A stretch of 64,000 nucleotides of DNA, taken from contig RSEE01000036.1 of assembly GCA_003971905.1 (NCBI GenBank), positions 558,001 to 622,000 of the forward strand, given 5' to 3'. The position numbers and the translations under genes were made by a program. Of this stretch, positions 23,101 through 36,099 are shown one piece after another. The first letter of the stretch is position 1. The number at the start of each line of letters is the position of its first letter. A model generated the notes under the pieces. It was not told the origin of the DNA. It saw only the letters and a program-made list of their open reading frames with translations, and searched no databases. The stretch is from Moniliella sp. 'wahieum' (lineage: Eukaryota).

Positions 23101-24971
23101 TGTCGAAGGAACAATGGGGGGCGAGACGACGGAGGACCCCGACCAGCTGGTGTGGGTCGACTGGGGCGCAAACGCCTGGTCGAGGGAAAAGTCTTCTTCA
23201 CCTTCTCCTTCCAAGGTGGAAGGAGAGGGGGCACGCCCACTGGGGGACAGGACCGGTTTGGTCCAGAGGATGGAAAGTATCCAGTCCAGTGAACTCCACA
23301 GCATCGGCTTCTTCCGTTAGGCACTGTGCGCCATCACTGTCTTGGGGCTGAGGCACGCCTTGCATGGCAGGTGAACGCGGGACCTCTGTATGCCGGGCCA
23401 AGGGGGATACCGCACTAGACTCACCAGCAGAGCCGACGTAGCTGGTATGAGTCGATTGAGGGGCAAATGCAACGTCCAATGCAAGATCTTCTACGCCTTG
23501 CCCCTCAAAACTAGCTTCGTTGTGCAGACGGATCCGTCGGTAGCCTCGTCGATGGTCGTTAGTCGATCTAGCGTACCACCTTCGGGATGCACAAGGCCGG
23601 GGCTGACTTGTATCGTGTGATTCGTCACTTCTTGAACATGTGCCTCACCTTCCTCTTTCCCATTCTGGGAGAGAGGATTGGGCTCGAGGCTGGCAAGGCC
23701 ATGTGAAAACATCCGTTGTTTGACATTGTGGGTACGCAAGGAATCGGTTTGTGACTGGGACACCCGACCGTGGCCGGGCAAGTGGGGGAGAAGGCGAGGC
23801 GAGAGACGATGAGGGACAGGCGGGGCGAAAGGCGGGGCGAGAGGCGAGGAGACACGAGGGAAAAGACCGGGCGTACTTGAAGTAGGTGCATTCGGTTCGG
23901 GAAGAGCGAGGTGCGAACTTGCCTTGGCCGAGACTGGCGCCGTTTCTTCCCGCACCTTTGTAGAGGCAGGCAGAGGCGATAATGCAGGCGTCTCTGACAG
24001 GGGCTGGCTACTGTCGTTTCCTGCTGTTCCGGCATCCTGCCCGCCCAGGCTCGTGGCTCGAAGTGAAATGGGCGGCGAGCCATACGAAGAGGATATCGCT
24101 TCGACACCATTCGATCCTTCCGGAGCTCCATCCGATAAGGAGAGGGGAGGAATCTCTGGTTCCACCTCCCGTAGGATTTCTTGCGAGGCAACGGGGGGCG
24201 TAGAAAAGGGTGTTCCGGGCGAGAGGTAGCCAGGGCGGGGCTCAGAACCTTCGGCAGCAAAAGATTGCCAGGCAAGACTGTGTAGGCGCAAAGGTCAGTT
24301 CCGAATTCCATCATCACATAGCACCACACATTTAGGTCAACGTACCTAAGCGGAGAGCGGCTAAGATCGATGCCGCTACTAACGAACGATGTGTCGGTGC
24401 GAGCTCCTTCGGAGGAAGAGTAGAGACTACCTCCGGTGGGGAGATTGTTGTCGGAGGTTCGATTTGCCCGTTGGGGGACGGCGGGAGGCGGTCCATGGGC
24501 GTGATCGCTGGGCTGGCGCCGCGCGATGGGTCGACGGTTGTGCTGGGGTAGGAGCAATGATGGGGGAGGATGAGGAGGAGGTTTTGGTGTTCTGGGCGGG
24601 GCGGCGTACCAGACGCGCCAGGCCGCCAGTAGCCACGCTGTGCCGTTGGGTCCGCTTCCCGCCCGCGGGAGCTGGGCCGGAGGCGGCCGGGCCTGCTACC
24701 GAGTGGGAAGCGGAGGAGGCATCAGGTTTACGGGAAGAAGAGTGGTGGTGATGGTGGGGGTGGGCGGCGCGCTTGAGGCCGTCGATAAAGGAGTGGGTGG
24801 AGGCCGAGTAGGCGCGCGAGACGGGAGAGGAGCTGCCGGTGCGGGAGGCAGAGGCGGTGGTGCGATGGTCGTCGGGGCATGAGAGGAGGTCGTGGCAGGG
24901 GGGGGCGGGGGAGAGGCGGGGGGAGCAGGGGCTGCCGTGCCGAGGTGCCAGAGACGGCTGAAGAAGCCCAT
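20186..24971 (-). CDS. Orphan Ser/Pro-rich protein with a C-terminal array of about 11 ~93-aa repeats; frameshifted
   Basis: ATG at 24971 (MGFFSRLWHLG), intron 24278-24345 (GTACGT...CTGAC...CAG), repeats reading FEGEGEEDF(S/T)LDQSFAPRSTHTSW...DDVSYGGLDAFHPVDQDATTP, stop at 20186 after ...QAPVAVI. Confidence 0.75.
20200..23510 (-). repeat. Coding tandem repeat, unit about 279 bp; about 8 near-identical units (20500-22760) plus degenerate flanking units
   Basis: The anchor CGTAGCTCACAT (or a variant) recurs near 20569, 20845, 21128, 21408, 21683, 21963, 22238 and 22517. Confidence 0.95.
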
Positions 24972-27548
24972 CGTGCCCAGGGCAATGCAGGTGGAACGGG
25001 GGAGTTGAGGGGATGGTGGGGCGGAGACGAGGAGGAGATCGGAGGTCGGAGGAGGTCGTCAGAATAGTCGTGCGGGGCGTGAGCGGCGTGAAGGCGGCGG
25101 GCGGAGGATGGTGGGACAAGCGAGGCAGGATCGGCGAGGCGAAATAGGCGACGCCTGCAGGGGGCACCGCATGGGATGGATGGACCGTCGGTCTTCCGCC
25201 AAAATATAAGCCCCTGAGACCCCCACCAGCGCGCCCGCCGGCCGGCGGCAGTCTGCGGGGGGCTGCCCTGCCCACCTCCTCCCCCACTGCCCCCACGCCC
25301 ACACTGCCCACGGCCAGGCGAAGGACCATGCTGCGCCCCTGTCGTCGCCACACAGCCTCCACCTCGGCCCCGCGGTGGCCCGCAAGGCTCCTGAATATAT
25401 GAACGGTCTGCTCCACACGCCGTCCCGGCGTTGCCATGGAAACCCAGCTACAGACAGAGTGGGTTCGTCGTTCGACGTACGCGACGTTACAAAAACTCCC
25501 AAAAGCCACTGCCACTCCTTTGGTCATGCCGTCCATATGCAGAAGCTCAAGGTCTGACATGGTGCGGAATGGTCGATGGGCAGGTGGGAGGCGAGCAAGG
25601 CAGACGAAGTGGTGGAGATGCAATCGGGGCTAATCGATAATCATTAATCAGGGCAAGGCAGTCGTCAGGCGCGCAGACAGGGGAGCGGAATAGGGGCGGA
25701 ACGGGACCACTTGGCACTGGTCAGTACTCAGTGGCTGTGATTGCCTGTGTCGGATGTGTGAAACACGACACCCGTCACACAATCACCAACATGCCATCGG
25801 CGTCCTAGTCGCTGGGCCACCAACGCTTTGCATTTGAACGCTGAGTAAGCTGAACGATGAACGATGAACGTGAACGTGAACGCGAACGTTGACCATAGAA
25901 TCTTGGCCAACCAACATCAGCCAGTTTCTCAACTTCAGCACCTCAGCCGGCAGCCGCGCCACCCTATCGACACTGGGACACATCCATTGTTTCCCCATTT
26001 TTGCTTGTAACATGTAACGCGTAACGGCAGGACCGGCACCGCGTACCTGTCACATCCAACACACGCCGCCCCATCTCGCAGCGCCAAAGTATCATGCAAG
26101 CAACGTTAACGTTTACTACCACTGCCTTCATCATGCATCACTGCGACATGATACACACTGCTCCTACACCCAAGTGTGTTGACGCGTTGACGGCTGGATA
26201 GTGGATGCCCTGTGCATGCGCACGACAGCAGACACTTGGCGAGAGTAAACCATCGAGCGTGATATGCCTATAGGCCCCATCCTCGAGTGCATCCACTCTC
26301 GCTGTGTCCTCCGTTTCGATGGAGAGGCAAAGATGGTCACCAGGATGGGGGACCACAGATATGTTGGGGCATCCACAGAGGATATCAAACGGTCCATGGT
26401 GTGCAGACTGAGAGCGTATATTCGGGCCCACACCGGCGGTGCAAAGTTGGCAAGAACACGGATGGTGTAGTGGCTGCTCAACGTTGAACGTTGAACTCTA
26501 CTTTTGTAGGGACTGTTGTGTTTGGGTCTCTCATCGGCACAATCCCCCTCCCGCACAGGATATAGTGGCAGAAACGCCTTCGGAAGGGGAGTGGACGGCG
26601 GTGCCTGGCGTTGCGGAAAAGGATCTCTCAGGATCACACCCTAAAAGGCAACACGCGTCCCCTGGTCCAAATTCCTTCGGAGTAACCGGTAAGACCTAAG
26701 ATCTGCGATTGTCGATGAATGTGACCAAGAGAGAGCGTCTCAGTAAGGCGGTCACATGTCACAGATCCATTGCCTATGACACACGCACGACCCTACTCCA
26801 GTGCATATCGGCTGCTGTTTGTCAGTAGAGGGGATGCAGGATGGAAGAAGTTCACTCTAGAAGTACGCGACTGGCGCTGCAAGCATGTCGTTCTCTCTCC
26901 TCCTTTGCGGGTAGTGTGGGCATGCGCTAATATACCTGTTGTCGTGATCATTGGCATGGTGCGGTTGCGCGTCAATCCATCTACCATACTTGGACAGTGA
27001 GAAAAAATGACTATAGTAACCAGTGACTTTTGGCAAGTGATTCTGCGACAAGAGCCAGACCATGCACGCCACTGTACAGTTTTGAGAGGACGTTGGGCAG
27101 GCAGTGGGCCTGTCGTTTAATACGAGTGATGGCGACCTGCCGTTCTAGGCACCGGCTGGCCATTCTAGCACCCAACTTGGTCTCACCGTTGTCCCCTCCC
27201 CAATACTTGCCACGCATGTCATGCAACCACTAGTCACTAGATACGATTGAGTGACTTTGGCTTTCTATCGCCGCTCGCCTTCTCCAGTCATATTAAAGCC
27301 AGCGGGTTGTCCCTCCCTCAGCCCAGCCCACCACCTCGTCTTGTCCTTCCCCCCTTGTGCGCAGCTGGCTCTGCCCAACCTAATACTAGGCTCTCTTTCT
27401 CCTCCTTGGCTGGCCCATCATCCTTCTCCCGCCCTCTCTGGATTTCTCTGCTGGACAGACATCCTTGTGCCTTGAGCTGGCTCTGGCGTCTTTTCTACCC
27501 CTATTCCTCCCCTTCCTCACGCCTTCTGTGCCGCTTCTTGTTTGCGAC

Positions 27549-28576
27549 ATGTCGCGTCTGCTCGCCACCCTGTTCTGCTCGCAATTGCTCTCGCCAGCCT
27601 CGTGACTGCGGCGCCGGTTCACTACCTGGAGCAACGGAAGGCTGGGAAAGCCCATAAGCCAGCCTTTGTTGTACGTTGCCTCTCGCTTGGAACTGCGCTA
27701 TTCCGGTGCAAGCGTAAGCTGACCCTGGACCACTCTTTGATTAGGCCTACGGATGGACGCCCAACCAAGGCAGCGGCGGCGTACCCGCCCCGCAAGACAT
27801 TCAAGGCTTCACGCACTACAACCTTGCCTTTTGGACCACCCAGGGCCCGCTCTCGGCCGCGGCGGCGTGGAACCAATCGGGGGCCGAGGTACGGGCGCAA
27901 GTCAAGGCGCAGTACAAGGCTGCAGGAATCAAGTTGATGATCAGTGCGTTTGGTTCGACGGATCGGCCGATGGCGAACGGGTACACGGCCTCGGGGATTG
28001 CACAAGAACTAGTGGACTTTGTCTTGTCCAACGACCTGGACGGAGTGGACATTGATTTTGAAGAGTCGGACCTGGTCCAATCGGGCCAGGCTACTCCCCT
28101 GGCTCGTCGAGTTGACCCAGGCACTGCGAACGGCCCTGCCACACAAACAAGGCTACGTCCTAACCCATGCGCCTATGGCGCCGTACTTCTCGCCCAGCTG
28201 GGCCAGCTCGGGCAAGGGATACCTAGATGTCGAGGCACAGGTGGCAAGAGCATCGATCACTACCTCGTCCAATTTTACGAACAAGAAGGTAGCTATGAAG
28301 ACTGCTCCACCCTGCTTACCCCGCCGGCCTCGCCCCCCCTACAGCCAATCGTCCCTGTTTGAGATCCACACCAACGGCGTGCCGCTCAAGCGCCTCGTGG
28401 TGGGCAAACCAGCCACATCGGCAGATGCCGCGAGCGGGTACATGGACCCAACCACATTGGGACAGTGTCTGGCCACCGCGCGCCAGCAGCACTGGAACGC
28501 CGGCGTGTCGTTTTGGCAGTACCCGCACACCCAAAATGTCCACTCTACCGTCAAGACCGCCGCCGGGTGGAGCTAG
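27549..28576 (+). CDS. Secreted GH18 chitinase-like glycoside hydrolase (paralogue 1)
   Basis: Hydrophobic signal-like N-terminus (VLLAIALASLVTAAP), intron 27671-27744, GIKLMISAFGS, catalytic motif NDLDGVDIDFE, LTHAPMAPYF, IDHYLVQFY, LVVGKPA...GYM, WNAGVSFWQYP. Confidence 0.9.
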
Positions 28577-30932
28577 TGGTAACCCTTTCCTACTTCAAGT
28601 GTCTCCTCTCTTGCCCCCCATGACCGTGCCCCGTCTACATGCACCCCATATCTCCATCTGTTTGCTTCTTCCAGTACCCCTCCCCACACACCATTTTTGT
28701 CAATGCACATTCTATTTCGAGGTGGTTTATGCTGGGTTTAGGGTGCCGACAGCTGTATAGTAGGTAGGTATAGGGCGGGTGCTTCAGGAGGCGCGAGGCG
28801 GCCGGGGGAGAATCAGCAGTACAATCAGTCGAAACCTCCATTGTCCTCTTGCCAGTGAAGCAAATGTTTGGGAACTGGTAATTAAGCACGGGGCAGAAGG
28901 CCAATCGAGCAACGGTCAACGGTGTCCCCACACGAAACAGAGCAGCAGTCAACTCAAACCGGCTGAGGAAGATACGCACGGCCCATCGCATCCAGCATGC
29001 GTCCCACCGTCCAAGTGGCTGGTTCAGTACGGGCGGAAGTAGGTTGCCCGTCGGTCGAATCCGTGCATTCCGTACCCACCTCTCCGTCCCACCCCCACTC
29101 ATCTCTGCACGGCAAGGGCCTAAAGGGATTGTCGACCGGGACAGGGACCAAGGTGAAAAGTGCCTGGGCCGCTTCCTGCGCTACAAGACGCCACTGGGAT
29201 ATCAGGGGATGGATCGGGCGCACGAGGTCGTCTCTGCCACCAAATGAAATGGTCAACGAAACAAGGAGGGTCAGCATGTTCAACGTTCCACGCAGTAGGT
29301 GAGAAGAACCACACTCTATTACCCTCTTGGTATCGCAGTGCCAAACGGAGCGTGCGCAGGCGGGATTGGAGCTGGAGCTGGTTTCGTTGCTTCCCTTTCG
29401 CCCGAGTGCGCGGCACACCGCGCTTGACGGACGAAAAACTACAGGAAGAAGAACGAAGGGCCATCGTGGGCGTGGCATGAGTAGAGTGGGACCGAGCCAG
29501 ACGAGGCGCAGCGGTGTGTGCTGCTGCTACCGCAACAGAGGGGGAGGAGCAGGAAGGGGGCGGGGACCATTCATCTGGCCCACTAGGGGGGGCGGAGGAT
29601 GAAGTGACCCGGCTGGGGGGACGGAAGGGGCGGAACAAGGTGAGGGCCACTTGGTCGGGAGGGGGGACGTGAGGTGGCATGGGACAGATGAGCGGGGTAG
29701 CAGAAGAAATCCCGCCGGTCTTCTCAACCGGTTCCCCTACTTGATAGGAGGGTGCATTAGTGCAGTAAGAACCCGCGTGTTGCCTGAGCCGGCCGCGGCG
29801 GTACCGCGGTCGGAGGATGAAGGGATTGCGGTTTCGGATGTATGCTCGCTCCCCTTTCGGGACTGACGTGGCCTGCCACCCCACCGTTTACCGTTTGCAA
29901 GGACGAGCTAGGTTCCACGATCCGTACCCGCTTGACTGGATGCATTTTTCGCTTGGCTCATCCAACGAATCTCGCGAGGACGTCTCCCAACTGCGCTCTT
30001 CTCGAGCGGTGCTGGGCGCAGAGGCAATGAGAGGCTCGGAACGGGAGGGTTGAACTGTCCTGAGGAAGTGTGTGCATATCTTCGAGTAACCCTTCACTAG
30101 GATTATCCTCCGTTGCCAGCACTGGCTGTGGCCCCTGATGAGTGGTCTGGGATATCCGAGCCTCATCAGGGCCAGGCCGGATGGGATAATGCAAAGGCAG
30201 TGTGTCTTGGGAGGCGAGAGAACCGAGATGGTGCGGCTCTGACCCAACATGAAGACCGAGGTGAGAGGTGGAGAGTGGGGTGTTGTGGCGTTGCACAGAC
30301 CCAGATGGCTGGATGCTGGGTTGGGAGATGGTGGATGAATGCGGCAGTGCAGCGGGAACGCACTGCTGGCGGAGGTTGGCGTGGCTGTGGGAGAGAGAGA
30401 GGAGTAACCCCCATCAGATGCGGGGGCCGACGGAAGGTGGCTGCGCGCATGAGTGGAGGCGGGCGAGGTGGATGGCAGGGAGGGGGTGTGGGGACGGGCC
30501 GCAGTGGCTTGATGCGTGGGCCGAGCAAGGGCCAGTAGTGGTGATAGGGGATGGATGGCGTCAGCAGCTGCCCCGGGGCAGCTTGCCTGGGGCGCCTCGG
30601 CCGGCGTCTTCCATGTGGCTGCGTCCGATAGGCGGATGGGCTGAGACGTCATGTGGGGCATCCACACGGGCAAATGGTGCTCTGGTGGCAGCAGTCCTCC
30701 CTCTCAGCGAGTGGGTGTTGGGTGCCCCCGCAAAGACATATACACAACACCACGAGAGAGATCCAGCCGGCCAGCAGTGCAGTTTTGCAATGTTGCAGCC
30801 CCGACAGCGGAATGCCAGCGGAATCACGCTGCGGAATCACGCTGCTGCTTTCTACAATTCGAGCCTGCTCTCCTCGCGTCTGCTTGACCGCCTCGCCCAC
30901 GGCCTTGGCACCACCACGCCACCACCGCCACC

Positions 30933-32481
30933 ATGTTCGGCGCCGCCAGACAGACGCCCACGGCGGGAACCCTCTTCTCCTCTACCCCCGCATCCGGTAC
31001 CACCGGAAGCATCTTCGGCCAGCAGCAGCAGCAGCCCGCCGCCACCGGTGGTCTCTTTGGCCAGCAGCCTGCCCAGCCAGCCCAACAACAACAACAGCCG
31101 CCCCAGCAGCAGCAACAGCAACAGCCCCCTGCTGCCGGCGGGCTCTTTGGCGCCAAACCTGCTGGAACAACGTCAGGTGGGCTGTTTGGCACCACCCCTG
31201 CGCCTGCGCCTGCAGCTGGAGGTGGCCTCTTTGGTCAACCAGCCACTGCGGCTAAGCCTGCTTTTTCCTTTGGTAGCACCAAACCTCTGCCCAGCCGGGT
31301 GCGGCCCCCGGCGCCAGCACTGGCACCGGGTTGTTTGGTCAAAATCAGCCACAACAGAACCAACAACCCGCTGCGGGAGGCCCATTTAACTTTGGACAAA
31401 ATCAGACTGCTCCTGGGACTCAGGGTACGGCCACCTCGCTTTTCTCAACCCAAAACCAGCGGCAGCAGCAACCTTCTGGCATTGGCTTTGGCTCTACATT
31501 TGGTGCACCTGCAGCAGGCGGGTTGGGTGCATCCACAGCACAGCCGTTCGGAATGTCTACCATGACCGCCACGTCGGCTGCCGCGCCCCAAAATCCTTTC
31601 CTCCAGTTCCCATTTCAACAGAAGGAGCGCTTTAACGACTTGCCAGACCAGCAAAAACAAATGGTCGAACAACTCGAGTACGTCGCGTGGCCTTTTGGTA
31701 TGCCAGCGTTCACACTGACACCTTCTCCTTGCCTCTTTTAGCCAATTCATCCAGCAGCAAGTCCAAATCCGCAAGCAGCTCGAGGCGTCTAACAAGGCCG
31801 AGGAGATTTCCAAAGGTTCCCAGGCCATTTGGGCGGTTCAGTCGGTGCGTAGAAACCCTTTTGTTTTTCATATCTTTCTCTCGAACGGCAGGCGCTGACA
31901 CTGATGCTGACCTTTGGCACTGGCTTCTAGGACCTCAAATCGTTGTTGGCACTGGTGGACTCGGACCACATTGAGATTACTGATCTGCGGAGCACGGTGG
32001 AGGTGGACCGCAAAGACAGCAACACCATGTTTGAGATTGGCCACAACTGGCAGCAAGGGTTTGACAACTCGCACTTGCGCTCCTTTCCTCTCAAGTACGT
32101 CCTGTTCCCATTTCAACCGTTGCTGTTGTGGCGCGGTGCAGGGTGCCGGACGGACCAAGTGACTGACAGGCTGGCGCGAGCAGCTACTTTGCCCGGGCTG
32201 TGCAGGACATTTCGCGGCGCGTGACGCGGTACAAGAGTACCCTCGAAGAAATCCAACGCCAGCTCATCTCGATCGACCACCGCGACACCTACACGCCCGA
32301 TGCGATCCAGAACGCGATCCAGGCGCAGAACACCAGCTTCATGGCTCTCGCCACCAAGGTCGCCGCGGTCCACGCCGACATTCAAACGCTCAAAGCGGAC
32401 TATACGCAGTGGTATCAGCAGCAGCACCACTCTCTCCGCGACCCATTCTCGATGCAGCCGTTGGAGGCGGCGGTGCCGTAA
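30933..32481 (+). CDS. FG/GLFG-repeat nucleoporin, Nup49/Nup45/Nup58-like
   Basis: N-terminal GGLFG/SIFG/AFSFG repeats, then KERFNDLP..QMVEQLE and a coiled-coil region ending FMALATKVAAVHADIQTLKADY...RDPF. Introns at about 31678-31741, 31845-31930 and 32095-32183. Confidence 0.85.
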
Positions 32482-33119
32482 TGCGAGCCGGGGCTGGGGG
32501 GGGCAGGCAGCCATGAAGGTGGATACTGTTTGACGACGAGCATTGGAGGAGGAGGAGGCTGCGGATGTAGTGGCAGACACGCGTGCATGGCAAGCAGAGC
32601 TGGCTGGCGGTCGGCCTGCCGGTTGCTATGTCCGGGCCGGGTGAGGGGCAGAGCGGCTAGTGGCCAGTTGCTAGTTACGGGGGGCGGGTGCAAGAAACGC
32701 ACGCAACGCGTTGGGACGCTGCGCACAGACAGAAACACAGATAGGCTGGCTGGTTACCCGGCGCTGGCCAGCGCACACGGCGTCGTCCTTCTGCTTCGCA
32801 CGGGCGCTTGTTGCGGATGGCTGACATGTGCCATGGCACAGGCGGTGTACCACTGCCCCTGTGCCAGGACGTGCTGCTTGTCACGCGTCACACGTCATCG
32901 TCACCGGTCCTTAATCCTTCATTTATTCCCCGCCCGCCTGGGCCACTGCCGCGCTTTGGGCGCACCCACCACATCCCCGACGCAAGGGCCAACACACTGC
33001 CCCTGTGCCGTCCCTGTGTACACGGCGTCTGCAACGGCTCAATAAGCAGCACCCAGCAGCTGCCCTCGCCCAGAAGCTGCCTCGGTCGGCCCTTGGGGGT
33101 TTCCCTTGTCGCCACCACA

Positions 33120-34928
33120 ATGCGTTTCTTGCGTCCCCACCACCACCACCCCGCCCCCCTCGCCTCCGCCCTCCGCCCTCTCCCGCTCTGCCCGCGCTCC
33201 GCTTCCGCCTCCGCGCCCGCTCTCCCTTCGCCCTTGCCTTCCCCGTCCGCTTCCCCGTGTGGCTGCACTCTGCCCCCGCCCCACCCCCCCGCCTCGCCCC
33301 GCTGCCTCCACACCTCTTCGCGCGCCATGTCGCTCCCCCAGATCGCCATGCCCCACGGCCTCCAAGTCGCCCCCGGCACCAAGCAAGATGTGCCTGCGCT
33401 GCTCCAGGCCCCCGAGCTGTTTCAGCACGCGGCCTACATCAACGGCCAGTGGATCAGCTCCGTCCCGGACGGCACGACATTTGAAGTGCCAACAAGGCCA
33501 CCGGTGCGCTGCTCGGCACCCTGCCCAACATGGGCGTTGACCAAGCCGAGCAGGCTATCCAAGCTGCGTCGGATGCGTTCAAGCCCTGGGCCGCGCTGCC
33601 CGCCACGGCGCGTCGCAGCTGCTTCGCAAGCTGCACGACGAGCTGATGGCCCACCGCGAGGACATTGCCCGGTTGATTGTGCTGGAAAATGGCAAGGCAT
33701 GGCCCGATGCGTTTGGCGAAGTGGCCTACGGCGCAGGATACATTGACTTTTACTCGGCAGAAGCGCTGCGCATGCCCGGCTCCACCCCGACCCCGGCCGT
33801 GCCCGGCGTAGTCAACACGGTCACCACTCGTCCCGTTGGCGTCGCGGCACTTATCAAGCCATGGAACTTCCCTCTTGGCAGTACGTTTTTTTTCTTCCTC
33901 CTCCTCTTACCCTTACCATCCCGTTGCTCGGTGCCTTGCTAACCTGCTCTTGCGTCTGCCGTAGTGATTGCCCGCTCGATCGCGCCTGCGCTGGCGGTGG
34001 GCTGCACAACGGTGATCAAGGCGCCGGCCGAGACGCCGTACACGGCACTTGCGCTGGCCTACTTGGCGGAAAAAGTTGGGTTCCCCAAGGGCACCATCAA
34101 TGTGCTCACGGTGGCCAAGGGAAGCGAGAAGGAAATTGCCGTGGGGCAGAAACTGTGCACGAGTCCTACAGTCAAGAAGATTTCGTTTACCGGCTCGACG
34201 GGCGTGGGCAAGTTGCTGGTCCAGCAGGGCGCGTCGACACTGAAGAGCTGTCGATGGAGTTGGGTGGCAATGCGCCGTTTATTGTGTTTGAGGATGCGGA
34301 CATTGACCTGGCTGTGGCCGGGCGATTGCATGCAAGTTCCGTGGCTCGGGCCAGACGTGTGTGTGTGCGAACCGGATCTTTGTGCACGAAGCGGTGTACG
34401 ACGAGTTTGCTCGTAAACTGGTCCAGGCCGTGGCGCAGTTCAAAGTCGGTTCAGGGCTGGACAAGAGCACGACCCATGGCCCGCTCGTCTCCCAGGCCGG
34501 CGTGGAAGGTGGAGCGGCACGTGAAGCAGAGCGTGGCAGCAGGCGCCAAGGTGCTGATTGGTGGCGAACGGGCGAGGGTCTGTTCTTTGCACCTACCATC
34601 CTGGCCACGTTACTGACCAGTGCCCCATGACGACCGAGGAGACGTTTGCCCACTTGCCGCGCTGTACAAGTTCAAGACGGAGGAGGAGGTGCTGGCGCGG
34701 GCCAATGCCACGACGTTGGACTGGCCGCCTACTTTTCTCCAACGACGCTCGCCGCTGCAAGCGCGTCGCCCGCTCCCTCGACGTCGGCATGGTCGGCGTC
34801 AACACGGCCTCATCTCCCAGTCACCGTGCCGTTTGGCGGCGTCAAGGAAAGCGGGATTGGACGCGAAGGCGGGGCCGAGGGCCTGCTGCCCTGGCTCGAG
34901 ACCCAGTTTGGTCGTCGAGAGCCTGTAA
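33120..34928 (+). CDS. UGA2: Succinate-semialdehyde dehydrogenase (ALDH5/Uga2-like) with a probable mitochondrial presequence
   Basis: [38 protein letters not shown], intron 33881-33964, [48 protein letters not shown] (catalytic Cys), [18 protein letters not shown]. Confidence 0.88.
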
Positions 34929-35360
34929 GCCGATCCAGCCCATTCAGCTTGTCCCGCGTCGATCCATTTCCTTAGAAAGCATCCCTTTTTCGGGCGCGAG
35001 ACGTAGCTGGTAGAGTTGGACTGGCCATGAGATCTGAGACCGCTGCGGTCCGGAGCCGTCTGGGCGCAACCATGCTAGTCGCAGGGCGGCTAAGCGGCTA
35101 AGCGCTAGCCCAGCCTCGGCCATGCCGCAAGCGCAATGAAATGTGGGCAGGCACAGTTCGGGTGAGATCGGGTGCCGCAGCGCTGGGATGCGATCCGATG
35201 TGACATGTGATGTGCAAGGTGTGCTCACTCTGAGACAGTCGCAGCGGGTCGGACTTGGTTACGTCAGCGAAGAATTTGGTGAGGCGCTCCGGCTGGCCTT
35301 CCCAGGAAGAACGGTGGCCGGCCGCCGGCGCCGGCCCGCCCCGACCTCCATCTTCCCGCT

Positions 35361-36099
35361 ATGGTCCTTGCTGTCTGTCGTCCGCGAGCTGCGCTGCGTG
35401 CGGTGGCCCGTGCCCCGTCTGCGTCCACCAGGTGGCAGGCGCGCAGCTTGACTGTCTCTGCGCTGCGCGCTACCGAGGCGCCTGCGCCTGCTCCGGCCCA
35501 GCCCCGCGGCCCCGTCGACCTAAGCTCGTGGCATTGTGGACCAGGTGGAGAAGCTGACGCTACTCGAGGCGTCGTCGCTTGTCACGCTCCTCAAGGTACG
35601 TCTTTTGTGTTCGGGTGTGCTTGTGCGTGTGCGTGTGGGGAGACAAGAGAGGGGATACGCGCGCGGGGGAGACAGGTCACGCAACGGCTGGACTGACCTG
35701 GACCGGCTGCCCTGTATCGTAATGTTGTGTGTGTTTGTCGTGTCGTGTCGTGTTGGCATGCGATGGTAGGAACGGTTGAACATCACGGACATTGCGATGC
35801 CCGTCGCGGCGGCCGCGCCCGGTGCTGGTGGAGCGCCAGCGCGCGGCCGAGGAGGCAGAGGAAGCTGAAAAGCCCAAGGAAAAAACAATATTCGCCATCA
35901 AGCTCAAGGGCTTGAAAGAAGGTGGTGCCAAGGCCAGGTAATCAAGGGGTCAAGGCGCTCAACTCGTCCATGTCCCTCGTCGAGGCCAAAAGTTGTCGAG
36001 AGCGCCCCGCAAATCCTGAAGGACAACGTACCCAAAGAAGACGCCGAGAAGATCATTGCTGCCATTGAAAAGGCGGGCGGGGAGGCCGAGATGGTCTAA
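35361..36099 (+). CDS. MNP1: Mitochondrial ribosomal protein L7/L12 (bL12m)
   Basis: Arg-rich presequence, VDQVEKLTLLEASSLVTLLK, intron 35596-35769, ERLNITDIAMP, KEKTIFAIKL, SLVEAK..ESAPQILKDNVPKEDAEKIIAAIEKAGGEAEMV*. Confidence 0.9.
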
